64,000 bases of DNA, from the IMG/VR virus record IMGVR_UViG_3300025154_000052, positions 1-64,000 of that record. One strand, given 5' to 3'. Below the pieces are notes generated by a model. It saw only the letters and a program-made list of their open reading frames with translations, did no database searches and had not been told where the DNA came from. A program made the position numbers and the translations under genes. This document shows, one piece after another, positions 55,951 through 64,000 of the stretch. Origin of the DNA: a virus. The stretch's first letter is position 1. Each line of letters starts with the position of its first letter.

Positions 55951-56623
55951 TCCCATCTTCCCGCTCGGCTGGAGACAGTCACTCCCTCCAGCCATTGTGT
56001 CGTCAATGCTGTCGTTCCTGGCCAGCGACGTCCACGCAGGATATCTGTTGAATCCGTCTCCGTCGCTGGTGTTTCGGGCACTTCAGGAAGTGGATCTCCC
56101 AGATGTCCGGGTGGTGGTGTTGGGCCAGGACCCCTACCCGAATCATCTTGACGCCTGTGGCCTGTCGTTCAGCGTCCCGCCAGGGCGACCGGTCCCGGCT
56201 TCTCTGAAAAACGTCTTCAAGGAGATCTCCCGGGACACGCGGACGTCCCTTCCACCGTGGCAACGGGTGTCGGGTGATATCTCACACTGGGCGCAACAGG
56301 GCGTCCTTCTGCTCAATGCCGATCTGACGACTCGAGCGGGATATAGAGCAGCACACTTTGGCTATTGGCGGTCATTCACCAAAGCGGTCTTCGTGGCGCT
56401 CCGTCAGCACCGCCAGGGTGTGGTGTACATGCTCTGGGGGCGTAGTGCGAAAGACTGGGCTGAAGCCATCGACAAGCGGTGTAACCTTGTTCTCGAGGCC
56501 GCTCATCCCAGCCCGCTGGCCGGTAATACGTTTTCCGGCTGTGGTCACTTCACCAAGGCCAATGACTATCTGGCACAGCATGGCCACAAACCCATCGACT
56601 GGACATGGGCTGTGAACTACTGA
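55937..56623 (+). CDS. ung: Uracil-DNA glycosylase (family 1)
   Basis: GQDPY, GLSFSV, QGVLLLN, HPSPL, HFTKAN. Confidence 0.95.
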   Translation: MKPSDPIFPLGWRQSLPPAIVSSMLSFLASDVHAGYLLNPSPSLVFRALQEVDLPDVRVVVLGQDPYPNHLDACGLSFSVPPGRPVPASLKNVFKEISRDTRTSLPPWQRVSGDISHWAQQGVLLLNADLTTRAGYRAAHFGYWRSFTKAVFVALRQHRQGVVYMLWGRSAKDWAEAIDKRCNLVLEAAHPSPLAGNTFSGCGHFTKANDYLAQHGHKPIDWTWAVNY

Positions 56624-56633
56624 TGAGGATACA

Positions 56634-57023
56634 GTGAAAGTAAAGGTCACTGCTTTTGATCGTGAGCGAGTGATTAAGGCCATTCGAGACATCGATCGGC
56701 AGCACACCAAAGGCAAGATGTGCTTCGCTGCCATTATTGACGAGGCGCACGAAGTCGATCACGCTGTAGTGCGCGCAGTGATGAATGAACTGGCACGTCA
56801 GGGTGTGTTCAACGTCCAGTACTATCCAGTGCACAGGCACTGCGGACGAGTCATTGACGCCCCAGCCAAGACCAAAGCCACGATTCAGCGACGAATCGAC
56901 CAGGAGCACTACGGAAGGGTCTGCTTCCTCTGTCATGAGGATATGGATGGGAACCTCGAGGTGAGTCGACGACTCATCTACATCGGGCTGGAATCCTTCG
57001 ACAATGGAAGGGCATCATCGTGA
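56634..57023 (+). CDS. Hypothetical protein
   Basis: GAGGA RBS; 129 aa. Confidence 0.5.
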   Translation: MKVKVTAFDRERVIKAIRDIDRQHTKGKMCFAAIIDEAHEVDHAVVRAVMNELARQGVFNVQYYPVHRHCGRVIDAPAKTKATIQRRIDQEHYGRVCFLCHEDMDGNLEVSRRLIYIGLESFDNGRASS

Positions 57024-57565
57024 AGTTGGATATTGATCAGGTCAAGAAGGACACAACTCTCCGGACGCAGTTATCAGCAGGCTCACAGGTGAAGCGAGTA
57101 GAACAATATCTGTCCGATGAAAAGAGTGTAGTGAGACTCGAAGCACTCGAATGCCGGTCGTGTTTCTACCTTAAGTCCGGAGCAACGTCCGGTCAGGCTT
57201 TCAGTAACTACATCTGCAGTGTCTGCAGTAAACCCGACCAGTGGCCCAACACCCACGTTCCGAATATCTGCGCCGACTGTGCAAAGGAAAACCGGATGTG
57301 CCATCGATGTGGGGCATCCCTGGACTACGCTGACATTGAACTCGCGCCTCACAGCGACTGTACGCGCACTCAATACGGTTTCCGGTGGGGGAACATCAAT
57401 ATTTCTCGGATGTGCAACGATCCTCGTGCCGGGCGAGTGCTCTTGATCATGAGCCCGAAACATCATCTTCAGGTCAGGTTCACCAATTCGGGCCTGATCC
57501 GTTGCTTCTTGTCGAAATCGACGGAGGAGTCCATCGGGCCGCTCGATGTGGTGAAGTCGAAGTAG
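57020..57565 (+). CDS. Cys-rich hypothetical protein
   Basis: CRSC, CSVC, CADC, CHRC. Confidence 0.55.
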   Translation: MKLDIDQVKKDTTLRTQLSAGSQVKRVEQYLSDEKSVVRLEALECRSCFYLKSGATSGQAFSNYICSVCSKPDQWPNTHVPNICADCAKENRMCHRCGASLDYADIELAPHSDCTRTQYGFRWGNINISRMCNDPRAGRVLLIMSPKHHLQVRFTNSGLIRCFLSKSTEESIGPLDVVKSK

Positions 57566-57566
57566 C

Positions 57567-58160
57567 GTGGTTTGTATCTACAGACGTGCGGATGAAAAGG
57601 TAGAGGCTGCAGTGGATCGTCACCCGGTATTCAATCTTGTCGCACCATGGATGACTGAACTTCTTGACGGACTAGATCATCCGTGGGCGGTCTGTGGTGG
57701 GGCTGTTCGTGACGTCATTCGTGGCAAGACTCCGCATGACATCGACATCATGAGTTTCGCCACGACGCGGGCACTCCTTGACGCGATAACCAGCAGGCGT
57801 AATGACGCTACGGTCAAAGCGCCGTATACGCTGGGTGGTAAGGGCAAGGTGAGGTTCCCTGCCGCTGGCTGGATATCCAAGGCAGATATCGAGCCCATCG
57901 TCATCGGCGCCGGCAACATGGAGGTCTGGTCTTGTCTCGAGTACGGGTGGACCGGGATCCCGAAAGGCAGGATCGAAGAGTTTGACTTCTCCTGTAACGC
58001 CATCGCCGCATGGTCGGACGGGACGCTGTCAGCTGATGACGAGGTCCTCCACCATATCAAGACCGGGCAGATGGCCATCCTCACGCCGAAGCGAGCACTA
58101 CGTCCTCATCGTGTGGGGCACATGCAGGCCAAGGGCTTCCGCCTGGTGAGCGCCGCATGA
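57567..58160 (+). CDS. Stand-alone poly(A) polymerase / CCA-adding head-domain nucleotidyltransferase
   Basis: VCGGAVRDVIRG...DIDI and FDFSCNAIA (a variant of RDFTxNA). Confidence 0.8.
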   Translation: MVCIYRRADEKVEAAVDRHPVFNLVAPWMTELLDGLDHPWAVCGGAVRDVIRGKTPHDIDIMSFATTRALLDAITSRRNDATVKAPYTLGGKGKVRFPAAGWISKADIEPIVIGAGNMEVWSCLEYGWTGIPKGRIEEFDFSCNAIAAWSDGTLSADDEVLHHIKTGQMAILTPKRALRPHRVGHMQAKGFRLVSAA

Positions 58161-58513
58161 ACTCCTCAGAGATAGCCATGCTGATAGGCGGTTACCGCTA
58201 CACATTTCCCGATGAACAGGGACTGCAGGACGGTATTGAGCGTGTATTGACCGGAGCGGGAGTTACGTTCCAGCGGGAGGCGCAGTTGTCGGTTGATGAC
58301 CGGATTGACTTCCTGATTCAATGCGGGATCGGGCTCGAGGTCAAGGTGCAGGGACGGCCGGCCGACGTGACGCGCCAACTCCACCGGTACGCTCAGCATG
58401 ACTCGATAACGGCGCTCGTATTGGTGACCAGCCGTATGCAGTTGGCTCGCGTCCCCAAAGAGTTGAACGGTAAGCGGGTGGATGTGGTGCGGTTGATGGG
58501 GAGTATCTTTTGA
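58157..58513 (+). CDS. Small PD-(D/E)XK restriction-endonuclease-like protein
   Basis: FQRE...DRIDFL...IGLEVK...QLHRYA. Confidence 0.7.
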   Translation: MNSSEIAMLIGGYRYTFPDEQGLQDGIERVLTGAGVTFQREAQLSVDDRIDFLIQCGIGLEVKVQGRPADVTRQLHRYAQHDSITALVLVTSRMQLARVPKELNGKRVDVVRLMGSIF

Positions 58514-60192
58514 TAGAGCGGATGTACGGTAGGGTTGAACTGGCTGGGTCAAACTGGTGTATCGTCACCGAGCCCCAGGTGTCGCTTCGAATGAAGCGTG
58601 TCTTCCAGCGCATGGACAAGGGCCAGTTCGGGAAACTCTACCTGAGCGATACGATCGAGAACGCTCGAGAACTGGAGTGGTTCCTCGAGCGGTATCCGAT
58701 GGATGTCCATCCCCGAGAATACCTCTCCCAGCGCTCACAACAGCACAAGTCGCTGGCGGTCACTATTCACCACATCTTGACTGGGCACTACGAACCCACC
58801 CAGTTCCAACTGGCTCTCCCGCCTCGAGAGTATCAGCGTGTTGCAGCCGACATGGCTCTGGCTACGGGGAGCCTGCTTCTGGCTGACGATGTGGGGTTGG
58901 GTAAGACTTTATCTGCCATCTGCACGTTTTGTGACAGTCGTACCCTACCGGCGCTGGTCGTGTGCATGAGCCATCTCACCTGGCAGTGGCGGGATGAGAT
59001 CAAGAAGTTTGCGCCCGATCTGCGGACGCACGTCATTCGTACCGGCAAGGTTTATGACATCGCCCGCACCCGGGAGATGAAGGGCCAACTTCCTGATGTG
59101 TACATCATCAACTACCACAAGTTGAGGGGATGGGCCGATACGCTGGCCCCGATCATCAAGTCCGTGGTCTACAACGAGGTGCAGGATTTACGCACGGGTG
59201 AGGGGCTGAAGTACGCGGCTGCGAAACACATCAGCGATAACGTGGCGTTCAGGACAGCGCTCTCAGCCACCCCCTTTTACAATTACGGCGGTGAGTTTTA
59301 CAACGTGGCTGAAATCGTCCGACCTAGCGCGCTCGGCACGCGAGAGGAGTTCATCCGGGAGTGGTGTACCTACGGTGAGCAGAAACCGCGAGTGAAAGAC
59401 CCACGGGCGTTTGGGGTGTATCTCCGGGAGACCGGATTGATGTTGCGCCGGACGCGGAAAGAGGTAGGTCGTGAGTTGCCACCTGTTATCCGAGTGCCGC
59501 ACACCATCGAAGCGGATACGGCAGAACTCGAGCGGATCAAGTCCAGTGCTACCGAGCTGGCGCGGATCATCCTCTCCCAAGGACAGCAGGCACGAGGCGA
59601 GAAATTCCTGGCTGCTGAGGAGTTCTCCAACCTGGTCCGGCAGGCTACCGGCATCGCGAAGGCATCGTATGTGGCCGAGTTCGTCCGGCTGCTGGTGGAG
59701 TCGGGTGAAAGGGTGGTCCTCTTCGGGTGGCATCGCACCGTGTATGATATCTGGCTGGACCGGTTGCGCGACTTTATGCCTGCCATCTATACCGGCTCAG
59801 AATCGCCCCAGAAGAAGCATGCTGAGGCGAAGCGGTTCATGGACGGTGCTACCCCTATCCTCATCATGAGCCTGCGCTCAGGGGCCGGTATAGACGGTCT
59901 CCAGCATACGTCCAAAGTGACGGTGTTCGGAGAACTCGACTGGAGTCCGGGCGTTCACGACCAGTGTATCGGTCGTCAGGCGCGGGATGGTCAGGATGAG
60001 ACCGTTCTGGCCTACTACCTGGTGTCAGAGACTGGATCAGATCCTGTCGTGATGGATGTACTGGGTCTGAAGCGACAGCAGATCGAGGGGGTCAAGAATC
60101 CAGATCAGGACCTGATTGAGATGCTGGATTCGGGTGGGGCGGACAACGTGAAGCGACTGGCGCAGGAGTATCTGACCAGGCATGGAGCGTGA
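58510..60192 (+). CDS. Second SNF2-family helicase
   Basis: ADDVGLGKT, YNEVQ (atypical motif II), SATP, ELDWSPGVHDQCIGRQARDGQ. Confidence 0.88.
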   Translation: MIERMYGRVELAGSNWCIVTEPQVSLRMKRVFQRMDKGQFGKLYLSDTIENARELEWFLERYPMDVHPREYLSQRSQQHKSLAVTIHHILTGHYEPTQFQLALPPREYQRVAADMALATGSLLLADDVGLGKTLSAICTFCDSRTLPALVVCMSHLTWQWRDEIKKFAPDLRTHVIRTGKVYDIARTREMKGQLPDVYIINYHKLRGWADTLAPIIKSVVYNEVQDLRTGEGLKYAAAKHISDNVAFRTALSATPFYNYGGEFYNVAEIVRPSALGTREEFIREWCTYGEQKPRVKDPRAFGVYLRETGLMLRRTRKEVGRELPPVIRVPHTIEADTAELERIKSSATELARIILSQGQQARGEKFLAAEEFSNLVRQATGIAKASYVAEFVRLLVESGERVVLFGWHRTVYDIWLDRLRDFMPAIYTGSESPQKKHAEAKRFMDGATPILIMSLRSGAGIDGLQHTSKVTVFGELDWSPGVHDQCIGRQARDGQDETVLAYYLVSETGSDPVVMDVLGLKRQQIEGVKNPDQDLIEMLDSGGADNVKRLAQEYLTRHGA

Positions 60193-60195
60193 GCG

Positions 60196-60399
60196 TTATT
60201 TTGTCTCGACATCTCGCCAGCCAGGAGCCTTCTCATCGGCCCACGCCTCGAGCGTATCCGCTACTCCGTGATGGACAAGGTAAGCCTTAAGTCGAGGGTC
60301 CACCTTGGTGTTTAAGGGGACCCGCTTAGGTCTTCCGGCGTTTCCTATGCCGGATTTGCGGCCACGGGGTTTGCGGTCAGACATACGATCTCCAATCAA
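60196..60399 (-). CDS. Small basic DNA-binding protein (RHH/AT-hook-like)
   Basis: KPRGRK...GRPKRVPLNTKV. Confidence 0.45.
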   Translation of the reverse strand: MIGDRMSDRKPRGRKSGIGNAGRPKRVPLNTKVDPRLKAYLVHHGVADTLEAWADEKAPGWRDVETK

Positions 60400-60694
60400 G
60401 AGACTTTCCGTTCAACCCGGCCCGGGATGCCACCCAAACCATCTCCAGCGGGGTGTAATAGTCAGGGCATACCGCGCGTAGCGCCTCTGGCGTACCGTCC
60501 GTGCGTGCCGCAGCATCCACGATATCGGTGGGCGGTATGAAAGAGTAAGGGCGCTGATTCACGCAACACTGCGATAAAACGCACCACGTACCGTTCTCTT
60601 GCCTGCCTTTATGGGTACACTTTACTGCAGCCGGGCTTTCCATGGTCTCTCTTCCCTCTGCCTCCTGCGATTCATCGCGGAGACTGCGTAGCAA
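60377..60694 (-). CDS. Hypothetical protein
   Basis: ORF within a minus-strand run of overlapping genes. Confidence 0.4.
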   Translation of the reverse strand: MLRSLRDESQEAEGRETMESPAAVKCTHKGRQENGTWCVLSQCCVNQRPYSFIPPTDIVDAAARTDGTPEALRAVCPDYYTPLEMVWVASRAGLNGKSLDWRSYV

Positions 60695-60926
60695 ACTGCT
60701 CTGTATGCGCCTTCAATGCGTTCCAGTCGGCCCGGCTCAACGCACTGCCGGACACGCGAGAGCCTGCACGCTGATATCGTTTTGATGTCCAACGGCCTTT
60801 TTGCCGATAAACTACCACCGGGCTTGACCACAACTCAAACCACCCTACGAGGTCCCCGTTATGTTCACGCTTGAGCAGCCGCGCAGAGAGCTCGAGACCT
60901 GATGGCAATGTGATCGTGGTCACCAT
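60672..60926 (-). CDS. Hypothetical protein
   Basis: AAGGAG RBS; 84 aa. Confidence 0.55.
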   Translation of the reverse strand: MVTTITLPSGLELSARLLKREHNGDLVGWFELWSSPVVVYRQKGRWTSKRYQRAGSRVSGSALSRADWNALKAHTEQFATQSPR

Positions 60927-60971
60927 AGTCTCCTTGTGCCCGGGATATCCGCCGGGGTTCGGGTGTAGCGG

Positions 60972-61166
60972 TTATGCCCAATCAAAAATCCACACTCCGG
61001 CAGGGCAGCGCAGGACGAAGATGTCAGCGTAGTCCTCCGGAAGAACCCCACCGTCCTTAATCGCCTGCTGGATAATCTTCAGCAGGTTGCCTTCGATCAC
61101 CGCGTTCGTGTTGTTCATCCAATCGGGCTTGATCACCATATCCTCATCCTCCGTCCGGCCGTTCAT
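60972..61166 (-). CDS. Hypothetical protein
   Basis: 64 aa, downstream of an AT-rich promoter-like tract (61180-61215). Confidence 0.5.
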   Translation of the reverse strand: MNGRTEDEDMVIKPDWMNNTNAVIEGNLLKIIQQAIKDGGVLPEDYADIFVLRCPAGVWIFDWA

Positions 61167-61322
61167 CGACCGTCCATGTAGATAATATAATACCTGGATT
61201 TGATTAACGTCAAGACGTTTATTGAAAATAATCGCTCGGGATGAAAAAATAATCAGTGGGGATTTGCAAACTACTCGTTGACACTGGTACCGGGTAGAGC
61301 TATTGTTCCGGTGCAGGCACCA

Positions 61323-61841
61323 TTACGACGCTCCGAGTTCCTGCACAGCACCCGTTAGCTGTTCCACGTCCCCTGTAGTGACGGGGTGGGGGATGTGGCC
61401 CCATTCATCCATCCACTTTCCCGCACCTAAAGCCGCAAGAAAGCCGCGGCATCCACTCTCGATCCGAAACATAATCGCTAATTCTCTAGAGGTTTGCTTA
61501 GATGCTCTTGTCGCACCAGTGACAAGTTGTGAAATGGCGCTTTGCGAAATCTGTGCCGCGTCCGCCAGTACACTCTGAGTGAGCCCGAAGATCTCCAACA
61601 GGTACTTCATCTGCGGCCCGAGAATGATGCCCTTTGTCTCAATTATCCAGTCACAGAAGATCTGGACCTGTAGTTTCTCGAGGCGCTCATCCTCGCCCGG
61701 TTTCAAGATGACATACAGATCCGAATCCAGCACATCTGCCCGGCAGGCATGAGTACCCAGTGGGGTATTCATCACGTAGTCCTCGATGGTTTTCCAATTC
61801 AGGCTGTCCACCGGGACGGGAACGAAATCTTGGCGCGCCAT
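61323..61841 (-). CDS. XRE-family HTH protein
   Basis: KYLLEIFGLTQSVLADAAQISQSAISQLVTG. Confidence 0.7.
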   Translation of the reverse strand: MARQDFVPVPVDSLNWKTIEDYVMNTPLGTHACRADVLDSDLYVILKPGEDERLEKLQVQIFCDWIIETKGIILGPQMKYLLEIFGLTQSVLADAAQISQSAISQLVTGATRASKQTSRELAIMFRIESGCRGFLAALGAGKWMDEWGHIPHPVTTGDVEQLTGAVQELGAS

Positions 61842-61855
61842 ATGTACCTCGCTAC

Positions 61856-61900
61856 ATTATAAGTCACTTATCAGTGTAGCGATGCGGATGGGTTGGTCAA
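61856..61900 (-). promoter_or_regulatory. Putative promoter for the XRE gene
   Basis: TTGACC-N16-TACACT plus a downstream TATAAT. Confidence 0.4.
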
Positions 61901-62313
61901 GAAAAAGTGGCGCGCAATTGGTCCAAGGCGCTTGTCACGAACGGCTCGAGTCCCCACGCAAACAGCAGTTTCCCATTCTTGGCCGCCCCGCACGGTGTAG
62001 CTCCCGCCGCCAGATAGAGGGCTCCATCGTGCCCGGCCGCGGGATCCGCGTAACTGATGAGCAGGCGAGGCTTGGCTATCAGTTTATGGTCGCACTTCTG
62101 CCGCTCCCAGACATCAGCCAGAGACGGCAGGCGGTCACCACACATGCACCAATCTGGTAGCCAGTGGATGATCGCGCGTTTCAGCGCCATATCGTGACCT
62201 GCCGCCAGTGGGCAGTGTGGCTTGTGCCGCTCCCCACGGATTACCCTGCGAAGCACCTCGGGTGTGAAGTCGGGTGCGACCGATGGTGTGAGGCTACTTG
62301 TGATGCCCCCACA
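61897..62313 (-). pseudogene. N-terminally truncated Mom-like DNA-modification protein
   Basis: EVLRRV and LLISYADPAAGHDGALYLAAGA motifs. Frame is open to 62313 but there is no good start and no N-terminal HHY motif. Confidence 0.55.
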
Positions 62314-62992
62314 TTAAAGGGGTCTCTAGCGCTTTTGCAATACTCCAGCCTCTTTTAAGCCGTGCGGAGATACAATCCGATCTAAGTCCATATCTTTCCG
62401 CCCATTCACTCAAACAGAGCGTCTCGCCATTGAACTCCATACGTCTATTGCTACGCATGTTCCTCGTTTGTGTTGTTATCGTGGCCCATCGACAATTACC
62501 AGGTTCGTAGTTTCCATTGACGTCGATTCGATCTAGAGTACTATCATTTGGCCTAGGCCCCATGTCTGACAGAAACGCTTTGAAACTGGCCAACCAGTTT
62601 TCGCAAATTGAGATGCCACGGCCACCATAATTGTGGAACTCGGGGTCGTAAACATTTGTGCAGCGTGCTTTCATGCTAAGCCATGACGAGTACTCTGGCG
62701 TGCTATGACCTCCTCGTTTAGCTCCGTGCGTTATGTTCCAGTTGGAGTGCATTTCCTGTCTCAGGCAACCGCAGGATTGACTGTCACCGCTGGTTAGCAC
62801 ATGCTTCGGGAGTTGACGCTCTATACCGCATTCACATTTCACATGCCATAGTTGTACCCTTGCTGGCGAGCGTTGTCCTTTGCCTAATACGGTCCATCGA
62901 CCGAACTTAGATCCAATAAAATTGGTAAGGTCATACTTTGGCATAATGTGGTTCCCATGTAAGTAGTGATACTGTGTATAGTATAGCATCAA
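62294..62992 (-). CDS. HNH homing-type endonuclease
   Basis: SCGC, HG...TPEYSSWLSMKARC, YGGRGI, TLDRIDVNGNYEPGNCRWAT; visibly more AT-rich than its flanks. Confidence 0.9.
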   Translation of the reverse strand: MMLYYTQYHYLHGNHIMPKYDLTNFIGSKFGRWTVLGKGQRSPARVQLWHVKCECGIERQLPKHVLTSGDSQSCGCLRQEMHSNWNITHGAKRGGHSTPEYSSWLSMKARCTNVYDPEFHNYGGRGISICENWLASFKAFLSDMGPRPNDSTLDRIDVNGNYEPGNCRWATITTQTRNMRSNRRMEFNGETLCLSEWAERYGLRSDCISARLKRGWSIAKALETPLMWGHHK

Positions 62993-63009
62993 CAGAACAT
63001 AATGAGAAG

Positions 63010-63816
63010 CTACTCCGTGTAGGAGAACTTCGGATAAGGCAGGGCGGTCCAGTGCCTATCGACATGTCGCCTATCACGCCGATTCAGCACCCATGCATAC
63101 TTGTGGTTTCCCGGGTGTCTGAGCGGCCTGGTAAGCTTCGGAAGCCAGTAGTTGAGCCATACGTCAGAAGGCTCGAACAGTGGCCCCTGATAGGCTGTGG
63201 CGCCATGTTTTTCGAGGAGGGCGCAACTGTACTTCCACCCACGCTCGAGACTACGAATTTTGGAGATCGCACGGTCGCTCATGACGGTGCCGTCTGGCAA
63301 GAGTCTTAGCCGGCGAGATGTCCCCCTGCCCAGGTAGGTTGCGTTATGCCCTTGGTATATTCCCCCGATGTGGCCCGCGAACACATGGTGTCCGTCGATA
63401 GATTCTCGAGGCATAGGGTCGCTAAACGACAGCACCCCGACCATATCCCTCTTCCGAAGCAACTCCCAGCACCTGGCCAACATCCAAGTTTCACCATTCC
63501 CAGGAACATCGTCCAGAAGGACGAAGCGTCCGAGCTCGACGGATTGAAGTCGCTCCCCCGGAAAAATGGAGAGCAACCTGTCATTCGTCGGGTGGGAGAA
63601 CACCGCTACGCCAACCAGAGATCCAGCACGGTACAGACCGAACCTGAAGCGTGCCGCTGGATAACTGGCGCTGTAGTGATGGGTCTCTACGAAGGCTCGA
63701 GCAATTGTGTCACCGGGGATCTCAGCCACCTCGTAGTGGCTGGTGTTGATGACTTCATCTGCGGGACGATACACGCCTCTGCGTTCCCGCCAGCGCTGCG
63801 CTACCGCTGTGATCAC
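63010..63816 (-). CDS. Mom-like DNA modification protein (GNAT-fold)
   Basis: ARAFVETHHYS, LVGVAVF, VELGRFVL, VLSFSDP, GHIGGIYQ. Confidence 0.75.
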   Translation of the reverse strand: MITAVAQRWRERRGVYRPADEVINTSHYEVAEIPGDTIARAFVETHHYSASYPAARFRFGLYRAGSLVGVAVFSHPTNDRLLSIFPGERLQSVELGRFVLLDDVPGNGETWMLARCWELLRKRDMVGVLSFSDPMPRESIDGHHVFAGHIGGIYQGHNATYLGRGTSRRLRLLPDGTVMSDRAISKIRSLERGWKYSCALLEKHGATAYQGPLFEPSDVWLNYWLPKLTRPLRHPGNHKYAWVLNRRDRRHVDRHWTALPYPKFSYTE

Positions 63817-63824
63817 TTCAACCT

Positions 63825-64000
63825 CTACTTTTGGCCGAGTCGTCGTTCCGCTACCTCGTCCCAGTCGATGTCGTCGTGCTTATCCTGACATCCCTGGCAC
63901 CAAGGACGGCCCAAAACATCTTTACGAATGGTGCCGTCCTTCTCAGTCGAACCGCTGTCCTTCCATCGCCCGATGGTTTCATCGGTCAGGTAAACACCGC
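63825..64000 (-). CDS. Hypothetical protein, 5' partial (runs off the window)
   Basis: Open frame from the window edge to TAG at 63825; WCQGC. Confidence 0.5.
   Translation of the reverse strand, partial: GVYLTDETIGRWKDSGSTEKDGTIRKDVLGRPWCQGCQDKHDDIDWDEVAERRLGQK

Noticed and set aside
62294-63010. Group I intron housing the HNH gene
   Set aside because: Only 17 nt separate it from the upstream gene and it overlaps the downstream frame, so there is no room for an intron core and no upstream exon is visible.
1-64000. tRNA/rRNA genes, integrase, lysis cassette, terminase large subunit, portal, reverse transcriptase/DGR
   Set aside because: No supporting motifs recognised by eye. They may lie outside the window, so lifestyle (temperate or lytic) cannot be called.

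Overview
The whole window reads as part of a tailed-phage (or prophage) genome with a contractile tail; no host housekeeping loci, integrase, terminase large subunit or portal are visible. Layout: 1-28185 (+) head, neck, contractile tail, eCIS-like baseplate and fibres; 28175-44048 (mostly -) accessory genes, a CRISPR locus and replication/recombination genes; 44174-60192 (+) methylase, many small ORFs, dUTPase, DnaG, PolX-like, DnaN, UNG, nucleotidyltransferase and SNF2; 60196-64000 (-) small ORFs, an HNH endonuclease and Mom-like DNA-modification genes. The standout is at 30404-32971. A roughly 560-aa TnpB-derived (Cas12f/type V-U-like) RuvC nuclease has all three catalytic acidic residues and a DnaJ-like zinc-finger insertion. 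It lies directly downstream of two mini CRISPR arrays that use different 37-bp repeats. Each array is preceded, at nearly the same distance (53 and 54 nt), by its own copy of a roughly 62-nt element (46/62 identical) with compensatory base changes. Each element runs into an anti-repeat that matches its own array's repeat. No cas1, cas2 or tnpA is present in the window. I read this as a phage-encoded compact type V system with two tracrRNA-like guide cassettes. All product calls come from motif recognition only; no database searches or folding programs were run.
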